From assembly GCA_012840805.1 (NCBI GenBank), contig DUVY01000060.1, positions 2,640-66,639 on the forward strand: a DNA stretch of 64,000 bases, read 5' to 3'. The notes beneath the pieces were generated by a model that was not told the DNA's origin, made no database searches, and was given only the letters and a program-made list of their open reading frames with translations. The first letter of the stretch is position 1; every line of letters starts with the position of its first letter. A program made the translations under genes and the position numbers. The DNA is from Clostridiales bacterium (lineage in GTDB: Bacteria > Bacillota > Clostridia > Christensenellales > DUVY01). Of the stretch, positions 1 to 8,184 are shown one piece after another.

Positions 1-1227
1 TCATCGGTAAACGATATTGTCAACGCCAATCGCATACCCGATCCCGAAAGGCTTGTGGTTGGGCAAACAATAGTTATTCCAATTACAGGCAGTTACTATT
101 TTGTGCAGCCAGGCGACAGCCTTTGGGCTATCGGGCGCAGATTTGGCTTTAATTATCTTAGGCTTGCTGAGATTAATCGCATTAACCCTTCTGCGCCGCT
201 GTCCATAGGGCTTAGATTATATATCCCGCCTTTTCCCAAGGTCAGTATTGAAGTCAATGCCTACGCAGAGCCCATAGGCGATGCGCCAAGTCCGGCCATA
301 CTAGCGGATACAGAAGAAGCCGCGCCTAGATTGACCTATCTTGCGGTATTTAGCTATCGGGTTAACCGCGACGGGACTTTGAACGCTCCGCCCATTCAAG
401 GCATACCCCAAATCGCAATGAGAAATGGCAACGCGCTTATGATGACGGTTACCAATATAGAACAGGGGCGTTTTAGCGGCGAATTGGGGCGCGCCATAAT
501 TGAAAGCGTGGCTGTTCAGGATTTGCTGTTAGAGAATATTATCAATGAAGCAAGACGCCTAAATTATCGGGATATACATTTTGATTTTGAGTTTTTGCCC
601 GTGGATTTGAGGGATCTTTACACCGAATTTTTGCGCCGAGCGACCGATAGGCTTCACGCCCAAGGTTTTTTGGTCTCAGCCGCGCTTGCGCCCAAAACCA
701 GCGCCGAGCAAGCAGGGCAATGGTATGAAGCGCATGACTACGGCGCGATTGGGCAGATAGTGGATTTTGTGGTCATTATGACTTACGAATGGGGTTATTC
801 GGGCGGTCCGCCTATGGCGGTTTCGCCCATAGATAAGGTGGAACAAGTGCTTAGATACGCCTTGACCGAAATTCCGGTCAACAAAATTTTGATGGGACAA
901 AATCTTTATGGCTATGACTGGACATTGCCTTTTGTGCCTGGCGGACCGTTTGCCCGCGCCATAAGCCCGCAAACAGCCATATTGTTGGCAAGAGACAACA
1001 ACGCCGAGATACTTTTTGACCCCGTCGCGCAAGCGCCCCACTTTAACTACTTTGACGCCCAAGGTCAAGAACACGAGGTTTGGTTTGAGGACGCGCGTAG
1101 CATACAAGCTAAGTTTGACTTAATTAAGGAATTGGGTTTGCGCGGCATCAGTTATTGGAAGCTGGGGCTTCCATTTCCTCAAAACTGGCTGTTAATAGAC
1201 GAAAACTTTATTGTCATAAAAAGATAA
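1..1227 (+). CDS. LysM-domain glycoside hydrolase family 18, YaaH/SleL-like spore cortex hydrolase (5' end runs off the window)
   Basis: Frame 1 is open from nt 1 (SSVNDIVNANRIPDPERLVVGQTIVIP is LysM-like). A second LysM follows (YFVQPGDSLWAIGRRFGFNYLRLAEINRI), then a GH18-like core (YRDIHFDFEF, MTYEWGY, ISYWKLG). Confidence 0.75.
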   Translation, partial: SSVNDIVNANRIPDPERLVVGQTIVIPITGSYYFVQPGDSLWAIGRRFGFNYLRLAEINRINPSAPLSIGLRLYIPPFPKVSIEVNAYAEPIGDAPSPAILADTEEAAPRLTYLAVFSYRVNRDGTLNAPPIQGIPQIAMRNGNALMMTVTNIEQGRFSGELGRAIIESVAVQDLLLENIINEARRLNYRDIHFDFEFLPVDLRDLYTEFLRRATDRLHAQGFLVSAALAPKTSAEQAGQWYEAHDYGAIGQIVDFVVIMTYEWGYSGGPPMAVSPIDKVEQVLRYALTEIPVNKILMGQNLYGYDWTLPFVPGGPFARAISPQTAILLARDNNAEILFDPVAQAPHFNYFDAQGQEHEVWFEDARSIQAKFDLIKELGLRGISYWKLGLPFPQNWLLIDENFIVIKR

Positions 1228-1241
1228 AAAAACTCAAAAAA

Positions 1242-1274
1242 AATACGGCGCGCCCATTATTAGCGCGCCGTATT
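1242..1274. terminator. Bidirectional rho-independent terminator (12-bp perfect stem, 9-nt loop)
   Basis: aatacggcgcgc / ccattatta / gcgcgccgtatt. An A8 run lies upstream, which gives a U-tract for the minus-strand transcript. Confidence 0.7.
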
Positions 1275-1315
1275 AAAATAATTTAAGAAATGATGTCTTT
1301 TAACTAGATATCATT

Positions 1316-1435
1316 TCAGTTTTCATTCTTGTTCTGATTCTTGTTCTGGTTTCTGTTTTGGTTCTTGTTCTGGTTTTTGTTCTGATTCTTGTTTTGGTTT
1401 CTGTTTTGATTGCATCTTTGATTTTTATCAGGCAT
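1316..1435 (-). CDS. 39-aa NQN[K/R] tetrapeptide-repeat micro-protein (below the ORF-track length cutoff)
   Basis: Hand translation gives MPDKNQRCNQNRNQNKNQNKNQNKNQNRNQNKNQNKNEN. SD AAAGGAGAAG places GGAG 8 nt before the ATG. The terminator at 1242-1274 lies downstream. Confidence 0.55.
   Translation of the reverse strand: MPDKNQRCNQNRNQNKNQNKNQNKNQNRNQNKNQNKNEN
1322..1420. repeat. 12-bp periodic tandem repeat (gtt ctt/ctg/ttg gtt tct-type) inside the NQNK ORF
   Basis: Visible periodicity ttcttgttctgg / tttctgttttgg repeated about 8 times. Confidence 0.8.
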
Positions 1436-1618
1436 GATAACTTCTCCTTTTGGTTTTTTCGCGCGGATTTTTCCTCGCGAAGCTATTGTTTGCAAAAAAC
1501 CGTATTATAAACCTAGCAATATTAACCAAGAAATTTTAATTAATTTTTAATCTAATTTATATATTTTTCTAATATTTAATATGATATACTGTAATTAATC
1601 TAACAGGGAGTTATTTTT

Positions 1619-2782
1619 ATGAAAAAAGGCAGATGCTGTTTAGTATCATTAATTTTGGTGGTTGTTCTACTCGGCGGAACGGTCGCCGCGGGGTATTTTG
1701 GCGGAAATTATTTGATGAAAAAGTATATAGGCGACGAGGGCGAATGGATTCAGCTAGGCATTAATAATTGGGATGAGTTGTTTGAATTTTTGTCAGGAGC
1801 GAAAAGCCTGTTCGCAGAGTCGCCAGATATTGACGACGCCGACAAGCCCAGCGAACAAAACTTATCTTCAGCCAAAAGCGAGCTAGAAAGCTCTATAATA
1901 GGTTATGACTCCGAAACACAGCTATTTGATATTGAGAACATAGTGTTTAGGGAACCGTTAAGGCTCACGGGCGGGCAATTGGCGGCGTTGATCCAAGAGG
2001 GGCTTTCTTTGCAAGAAGGCAACGAAATGGAATTTAGGGTAGCCCAAGTTAAGCTTGAGGTTAAGCCCGAAGACAAGAGCTATTGTATTATAACTTGCAC
2101 TATGGTAATTGACAAAGAGGATGTTGAAGAGCCTATCCAAGAAAGTATGGGTTTTTTGGGCGGCTTGCTTGTCGGCGGGATGTCGGATATTTATATTACC
2201 AGCGTCAACAAATTTGTCATTGACCCCGATAACCCGGGTAAAATGATTGTTGACGATAGTTATGAGGATAGCGATTTGTATTTGGGCGATGGAAGCGGAT
2301 CCGAAGTCAATGAGCAGCTTATAGGCTTGATGGTCTCTATGTTCGGGGCGAGCAGCAAAGAAGAGCTTAACGCCAATTTCGTTTTGGCGATATCAGAATC
2401 GGTTAATAAAATAGGTCAAGTATCGTTTGATAACGACCTAGGCGTAAGCTATTTGGTGTTTGACAATCCTTATAACAATGATTTTATTTATCAGCTTCTA
2501 GATATTGCCGAGCTTGATATTAGCCAGTATGAAGAATTAGTAACCGACGATGTAGGGGCGCTAACCCAAATTAAGAATGACATAAATCAACTTTTGGGCG
2601 TATTGGCGTCCACGCAATTGGACGAAGAAACCGAGCCCAACTTATTCGAAGTCGAACTCGCGGTAGATAATGTGGAGACTGAATTTGATAACTTTGACAC
2701 AGCTTACCAAAGTGATCCTAGCTCCGCGGATTTGACAAGCTTAATAAACGCAGTTGACGCTTTAAAGGCGTTGTTCGAATAA
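1619..2782 (+). CDS. Hypothetical acidic protein with N-terminal transmembrane anchor
   Basis: SD AGGGAG upstream. N-terminal hydrophobic segment CCLVSLILVVVLLGGTVAAGYF. The remainder is D/E-rich. No family recognised. Confidence 0.6.
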   Translation: MKKGRCCLVSLILVVVLLGGTVAAGYFGGNYLMKKYIGDEGEWIQLGINNWDELFEFLSGAKSLFAESPDIDDADKPSEQNLSSAKSELESSIIGYDSETQLFDIENIVFREPLRLTGGQLAALIQEGLSLQEGNEMEFRVAQVKLEVKPEDKSYCIITCTMVIDKEDVEEPIQESMGFLGGLLVGGMSDIYITSVNKFVIDPDNPGKMIVDDSYEDSDLYLGDGSGSEVNEQLIGLMVSMFGASSKEELNANFVLAISESVNKIGQVSFDNDLGVSYLVFDNPYNNDFIYQLLDIAELDISQYEELVTDDVGALTQIKNDINQLLGVLASTQLDEETEPNLFEVELAVDNVETEFDNFDTAYQSDPSSADLTSLINAVDALKALFE

Positions 2783-2813
2783 TATATTTTTCAACAAGCG
2801 CTATTCAATCACT

Positions 2814-2850
2814 GACAAAAGCCGCCAAAAATGGCGGTTTTTGTCATTTA
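2814..2850 (+). terminator. Rho-independent terminator
   Basis: gacaaaagccgcc / aaaaat / ggcggtttttgtc, a 13-bp stem including one G:U pair. Confidence 0.6.
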
Positions 2851-3023
2851 ACAAACAAAAAACAAAAAAGCCGTTTTATATAATAGCGACGCTTATTAAC
2901 CTATCGTTAATTTATCGCGTTATATTTTGCCAAAAAAAGATAAAGCCCAAAAGGTGCTAAACCGTCCGCCTTGGCTCATAAAATATAAACTACCCTTATT
3001 TATGGGGAAATAAGGATGGATAA

Positions 3024-4520
3024 ATGAAAAAGTCAAATTATATAATCAAAAGAATAGCGCTTTTGCTGGCAGTCTTGCTGGCGTTTTTGGTATCTTCTTG
3101 CCGAACGGAACTTCAAAAAGTTTCCAAAGACCTAACGACATATACGATTGCGGCAAAGTATGACGAATTCAACCATACAATCTCAGCGCGCCAAAAAATA
3201 AAATATGTAAACAATTATGATGTCCCTTTTAAAGAGCTAAAATTGCATCTTTACCCAAACGCGTTTAGAGAGGGCGCCAAAATCAAGCCCGTGTCCGAAA
3301 GCGCGGAATCCAAAGCGTATCCCCAAGGGATGTCTTACGGCGATATAATAATAAACGAAGTTTATGTTGCGGGCAAAAAAGCCGAGTTTAACATAGGCGG
3401 CGAAGACCGCAATATTATGACCGTCAAATTTCCTATGGATTTATACCCTGGCGCTAGCTTTACCATAGAGTTTGATTTTTTGCTTCGGCTTGCACATACG
3501 CCGCATAGGCTGGGCTATACGAACAAGTGCGTTAATTTGGGCAATTGGTTTCCCATAGCTTGCGTTTATGAGGACGGCGGCTTCGCTACTTACGCCTATT
3601 ATCCTAATGGCGACCCGTTTTATTCCGAGATTGCCAATTATTACATAGAATTGACTCTTAGCAGCGACTTTTTTGTGGCGGCGACGGGAAGAAACACGGG
3701 CACGCGGCTTCAGGGCAAAACCAAGACTTTAAACTTTGAGGCGCTGGCGGTCAGGGATTTTGCTTTTGTTTTGAGCAAGGAGTTTTCGTCTATTAGCTCA
3801 AGCGCGGGCAATATAATGGTCACATATTTTTATTACGACGACCCAGAGCCCGAACTCTATCTTAAGGCGGCAATAGACGCCGTTAATACATTTTCTAGGC
3901 TTTTTGGGCAATACCCTTATCCGCATCTTAATGTTGTCAAAACGCCCTTTATCTACGGCGGAATGGAATATCCCTGTCTTATTTATGTCTCGGACAGCGT
4001 TACCGACCAAGACAGCTATATAGAAGTCATAGCTCACGAGGTGGCGCACCAATGGTGGTATGGCGTTGTGGGCAACGACCAAGTAAAAAATGGCTGGTTG
4101 GATGAAGGCTTGACAGAGTATAGCACATCGCTGTTTTTTGAAAAAAACCCGTCATATAACCAAAAAATGTCAAACAGGATAATGCAAGCTTTGCAGTCTT
4201 ATCTTGTTTATGTTGAGATGTGCAAGAATGTATATGGCGAGGTTGACACGAGCATGAACAGACCCAGTTACGCCTATAAGACCGAATATGAATATGTTTA
4301 TATGACCTATGTCAAGGGCGAACTGATGTTTTATAATATACGGAACATTATCGGCGATAAAGTGTTTTTTGAGTCGTTAAAAAGATATTACGAGCGCAAC
4401 AAATACAAAATCGCGACGCCCAAAGATTTGATAGGCGCGTTTGAGGAAACCAGCAAAAAAGACCTAGAAGGCATTTTTGACGCGTGGCTGGACGGAAAAG
4501 TCTATCTGGGCGATTGGTAA
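3024..4520 (+). CDS. M1-family zinc metallopeptidase, probable lipoprotein
   Basis: GMEYP exopeptidase motif and HEVAHQWWY...WLDEGLTEY (HExxH-18-E). Signal peptide with lipobox-like LVSSC. Confidence 0.8.
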   Translation: MKKSNYIIKRIALLLAVLLAFLVSSCRTELQKVSKDLTTYTIAAKYDEFNHTISARQKIKYVNNYDVPFKELKLHLYPNAFREGAKIKPVSESAESKAYPQGMSYGDIIINEVYVAGKKAEFNIGGEDRNIMTVKFPMDLYPGASFTIEFDFLLRLAHTPHRLGYTNKCVNLGNWFPIACVYEDGGFATYAYYPNGDPFYSEIANYYIELTLSSDFFVAATGRNTGTRLQGKTKTLNFEALAVRDFAFVLSKEFSSISSSAGNIMVTYFYYDDPEPELYLKAAIDAVNTFSRLFGQYPYPHLNVVKTPFIYGGMEYPCLIYVSDSVTDQDSYIEVIAHEVAHQWWYGVVGNDQVKNGWLDEGLTEYSTSLFFEKNPSYNQKMSNRIMQALQSYLVYVEMCKNVYGEVDTSMNRPSYAYKTEYEYVYMTYVKGELMFYNIRNIIGDKVFFESLKRYYERNKYKIATPKDLIGAFEETSKKDLEGIFDAWLDGKVYLGDW

Positions 4521-4667
4521 AAGCGGTATTATATAATACTTGCGGTCAAAAATTATTATAACGCGTTAAGATATATCGACAAAGACCAAATTTTTTTTGC
4601 GTTAGTAGGCGTTATAATATATCGCGCTTGACTAAAAAAGTAGGAGAAGCGCAAAAAGCAAAATAAT

Positions 4668-5996
4668 ATGACCGAGATAACAGCCATAGAAACCGCCAAT
4701 ATCCAAGACTTTGTCAACAAGACTATTACAATCAGCGGCAAGCAATCGTCGCTATTTGTCAAAGATATTATAATAGACGATAATCCTATAAACCGATTTT
4801 ATGAGTCCATATGCCAAAACATCGGGCAAAATTTAAGGATATTGTTTATAACTAGCCCAGAATTTAAATCAATTGCCCAAAATCTTATAGATTATTTTGA
4901 GGCAAGGGGCTTTGCGGGCGAGTTATCTTTAATCCAAGAAAAAAGAATTGAGCTAAAAACCGCTCAAAAAATCGCGTTCTCAATCCAAGACGATACCAGA
5001 GTTATTATAGCGGTAGGCGGTGGCAGCGTTATGGAAACCGCCAAGATGGCAAGCTCATTACGCGGCTTGCCGCTTGCGCTGTATTACGCCACGCCCGAAT
5101 GCGACGGGGCATTGACTGGTTATTCTCAAGCGTATGATAATGGCGCAAAGGAGTTGTTTGACTCTTCTTGCGCTTTTGTCATATGCGTAGATATGTTATT
5201 AATCGGCGAATGTTCCCAAAATTATATAGGCGCTGGTCTAGGTTCGCTCGCCTCAAAATACCTGGCTTTGTTTGATTGGTATTTTGGGCATATATTCAGT
5301 TTGCGAAAATTTGATTATCAGATTTATGAGACTGCGCTTAGCGTCCTAGACAATTTTTTAAAATTTTCGCCCGAGTTGTTAAAAAAAGGAAAAAAAGCGT
5401 ATCTTGAACTAATACAAACCCAACTCAAAATATCAGCGTTAACACAGCTAAGCCAATGCCCCGCGTTATTGGGCGGCGGGCATATAGGCGCGATTAATGT
5501 TCTGGAGATGTTTTTTCATAAAGAAAACAGACCTTTGCGCCTTGAGGGCGAGAATTTGTTTTTGTGTTCCAAAATAACTCTTCGGGCATATAAACTCTGG
5601 CTTAGCAAATTAAAATCAGGATATTTTATTTGTCCGCCCGATAATACTTCGCGCCTTGAAAAATTTACAGATTATCTGGGCGTTAGCGAGCTTGCCGCGC
5701 TTGGCAAAATTTTGGTTCTAGACGACTATGAGCAATGGGAAATAATGCAATATAAATGGATTGAATACAATCAAGATTTGGTAAATAAGATAACGAGATT
5801 TTCTGATTGTTTTGAAAAATATGAACGAGCCTTTAAGCGCGTATATGACGACGCGGGATTTTGGACTACCAAATATTTGACAGATACCGACATAATGCTT
5901 ATGATTGGATTAGCGCCCGACACGCTAAAAAGTTTTTGCTTGATATCGTTTGTCAAGCTAACAGGGCAGTTGGACAAGTATTTGGAAGGAGTCTAA
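4668..5996 (+). CDS. Dehydroquinate synthase / Fe-ADH superfamily protein, glycerol-1-phosphate dehydrogenase (AraM)-like
   Basis: VIIAVGGGSVMETAKMAS nucleotide-binding motif and ATPECDGALTGYS, which resembles PTxxSxDG. The start is uncertain because the nearest SD is 22 nt upstream. Confidence 0.45.
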   Translation: MTEITAIETANIQDFVNKTITISGKQSSLFVKDIIIDDNPINRFYESICQNIGQNLRILFITSPEFKSIAQNLIDYFEARGFAGELSLIQEKRIELKTAQKIAFSIQDDTRVIIAVGGGSVMETAKMASSLRGLPLALYYATPECDGALTGYSQAYDNGAKELFDSSCAFVICVDMLLIGECSQNYIGAGLGSLASKYLALFDWYFGHIFSLRKFDYQIYETALSVLDNFLKFSPELLKKGKKAYLELIQTQLKISALTQLSQCPALLGGGHIGAINVLEMFFHKENRPLRLEGENLFLCSKITLRAYKLWLSKLKSGYFICPPDNTSRLEKFTDYLGVSELAALGKILVLDDYEQWEIMQYKWIEYNQDLVNKITRFSDCFEKYERAFKRVYDDAGFWTTKYLTDTDIMLMIGLAPDTLKSFCLISFVKLTGQLDKYLEGV

Positions 5997-6006
5997 AAAA
6001 TTTTTT

Positions 6007-6792
6007 ATGCTCAAAAGACTAAAAAACGCCGAGCTGTTTTTGCTGGATATGGACGGGACTATATATTTGGGGAATCAAGCCATAGACGGCGCGGCGCAAG
6101 CCATAAACAAGCTAAAAAGCCTTGACAAAAAGATATGCTATCTTACCAACAACAGCTCAAAAAGCGCGCGACAATATCTTGATAAGCTTCGCGGTTTGGG
6201 GTTTGACGCTAAGATAGACGAGATCGTAACCAGCGGGATTGTAGCGGCGGATTACATATCAAGATTTTTTAAGGGTCAATCAGTTTATCTATTTGGAACA
6301 GATGAGTTAAAGCGCGAATTTAAGTCGTATGGGATAAAACTTACCCAAGATAATCCCGATATTGTTGTGATAGGATTTCATACCAAATTGACTTATGATG
6401 AGTTGGATTTGGCTTGCGGATATATAAGACAGGGCAAGCTGTTTTTCGCCACGCATCCCGACAAAAACTGCCCGACTGACAATGGTTTTATGCCCGATGT
6501 GGGGTCTTTTTTGAGCCTAATATACACAAGCGCTAACAGAAAACCGTCAAAAATTTTTGGCAAGCCTTATAAATATATGGTCAATTATCTAAAAAGTAAG
6601 TTTTTGACTAAGGCGCAAAATATCGCTATGGTCGGCGACCGTCTAAGCACGGATATCAAATTCGCGAATAAATTTGGTATGATAAGCGTCTTAGCGTTAA
6701 GCGGCGAAACAGACCAAAGGATGCTACAAGATTCAAAGATTAAGCCCGATTTGGTTTTTGAATCTATAAAAGATTTGGCGGATATTTTTTGA
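6007..6792 (+). CDS. HAD-IIA (NagD/AraL-like) sugar-phosphate phosphatase
   Basis: LLDMDGTIYLG (DxDGT), YLTNNSSKS, and KP...GDRLSTDI motifs. Confidence 0.7.
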   Translation: MLKRLKNAELFLLDMDGTIYLGNQAIDGAAQAINKLKSLDKKICYLTNNSSKSARQYLDKLRGLGFDAKIDEIVTSGIVAADYISRFFKGQSVYLFGTDELKREFKSYGIKLTQDNPDIVVIGFHTKLTYDELDLACGYIRQGKLFFATHPDKNCPTDNGFMPDVGSFLSLIYTSANRKPSKIFGKPYKYMVNYLKSKFLTKAQNIAMVGDRLSTDIKFANKFGMISVLALSGETDQRMLQDSKIKPDLVFESIKDLADIF

Positions 6793-6951
6793 TTAGTTTT
6801 TTAACATAATCAGGCAACGCTATTAGGATTGACAGCGCGTCGCAATCTAAATTATAATAAATTACCGATTAATTTTTTGATTTTAAAAAGCATTATATAA
6901 GATAGCTCTTATTGTTTGTTGATTTTTTGATATAAAACCAAAAAAATATGC

Positions 6952-7028
6952 GCGCCCGTAGTTCAGCTGGATAGAACGCTTGTTTCCGATGCAAGAGGTC
7001 AGGGGTTCAAATCCCTTCGGGCGTACCA
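6952..7028 (+). tRNA. tRNA-Arg (anticodon CCG), CCA encoded
   Basis: Hand-folded cloverleaf: acceptor GCGCCCG/CGGGCGT, D arm GTTC..GAAC, anticodon stem CTTGT/GCAAG with loop TTCCGAT, T arm with GGTTCAAATCC. Confidence 0.9.
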
Positions 7029-7040
7029 TTATTATAAAAA

Positions 7041-7069
7041 AACGGAAGATCAAATCTGCCGTTTTTTTG
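7041..7069 (+). terminator. Rho-independent terminator after tRNA-Arg
   Basis: acggaagat / caa / atctgccgt (one mismatch) followed by T7. Confidence 0.6.
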
Positions 7070-7464
7070 TTTATTCTCTCTAGCGAGCGAGGCAAAATTC
7101 AAAAAAGGTCTTATTATTGACGCTAATTTTTTTAATTCAAAATTATACGAATTTTGATATAAGTGTCTTTTATAATGCTCATAAAAAACAGTGATATACA
7201 ATAAACTTGTAATGAAACACAAGGATGTTTTTTTATGATAATCTTCCTTACAAAGAAAGATTATTAATTAATTTTGATTTTTAAACAATTTGCGAGAAAC
7301 CAAAACATATGTTCTAATCGAGGTGTTTTGAAAAATTTACTTGACAACTATATACATCAAAGCCCTTATATACAAGGCTATAAAATGTACTTTGAAAGTT
7401 GTTTTTACTTTAAAATACTAAAAAATATAACAATTTTTAATCATAAAAGGAGATGGTAGAATTT

Positions 7465-8076
7465 ATGAGAATGGGCAAGAAAATGAGAATAATTTCAATT
7501 CTCATGTCAATCACAGTAATAGCTGCGACGCTAGGATTCGCGACATTCGCGTTAACACAAAACAACTCGGCTTTGGATTACGACGGCACTTTGATAATCA
7601 GCGGTAACGCCGATGTTGATGTGAAAATTGAATTTGTTGAGTGCACCGGGGGGACAGAGATTGTACAATTTTCAATAACAGCCGATGAAAAAGGAATTAT
7701 AGAAAAACAGGGCGATACGATAGTAAAATCGGTAGTTGATGTTCAAGATTTGACCAACTATAGCATTTTTACTAAGCCTGTGTTAAATCCTGTCAACGAT
7801 TATAAGTTTGTAATCACTATTTCCAACCCCAATGTCGCGGCAGGCGGAACAGCTTATGCCGACGCTTATGTAGAGGCTGTTAGTTTTGCTTCTAGCCAAG
7901 CTTTTAAAGATTATTATACAATTATGAACCCTAATGTAAATGATGATCTATTAAAAGCAGGCGAAAGCTTAACATACATTGTTTTACTCGACAATAAGCC
8001 CCAAGCAGATCTTGATTATAACAACGCTGAATTTACATATAGTCTTAATATTGTAGCCAAAAAGCTTGAGGCGTAA
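7465..8076 (+). CDS. Secreted protein with TasA/camelysin-like (SipW-type) signal region; family call tentative
   Basis: SD AAGGAG at 7447-7452 favours the ATG at 7465 over the track start at 7453. N-terminus MRMGKKMRIISILMSITVIAATLGFATFALTQ resembles the TasA/CalY GTxAxF signal motif. The rest looks beta-rich. Confidence 0.4.
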   Translation: MRMGKKMRIISILMSITVIAATLGFATFALTQNNSALDYDGTLIISGNADVDVKIEFVECTGGTEIVQFSITADEKGIIEKQGDTIVKSVVDVQDLTNYSIFTKPVLNPVNDYKFVITISNPNVAAGGTAYADAYVEAVSFASSQAFKDYYTIMNPNVNDDLLKAGESLTYIVLLDNKPQADLDYNNAEFTYSLNIVAKKLEA

Positions 8077-8139
8077 ACACTAAAGAGTCTAAGACATTAT
8101 TCTAAAATCACACCAAGCCAAATCTTTATGTGAGATTAA

Positions 8140-8173
8140 CAGCCGAATAATCTTTGGGTTATTCGGCTGTTTT
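8140..8173 (+). terminator. Intercistronic rho-independent terminator (11-bp stem)
   Basis: cagccgaataa / tctttggg / ttattcggctg followed by tttt. It ends 12 nt before the next ATG. Confidence 0.65.
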
Positions 8174-8184
8174 GGTAAACCGCT

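Noticed and set aside
1322-1420. Short periodic DNA repeats that could look like a mini CRISPR or satellite
   Set aside because: The period is 12 nt with no spacers. The repeats lie entirely inside an ORF with an SD and a terminator, and they maintain the reading frame. This is a coding tandem repeat, not a CRISPR array.
7007-7459. Track ORFs 7007-7222 (-), 6883-7095 (-) and 7274-7459 (+)
   Set aside because: They overlap the tRNA and its terminator or lie in AT-rich non-coding DNA. They have no SD and odd composition.
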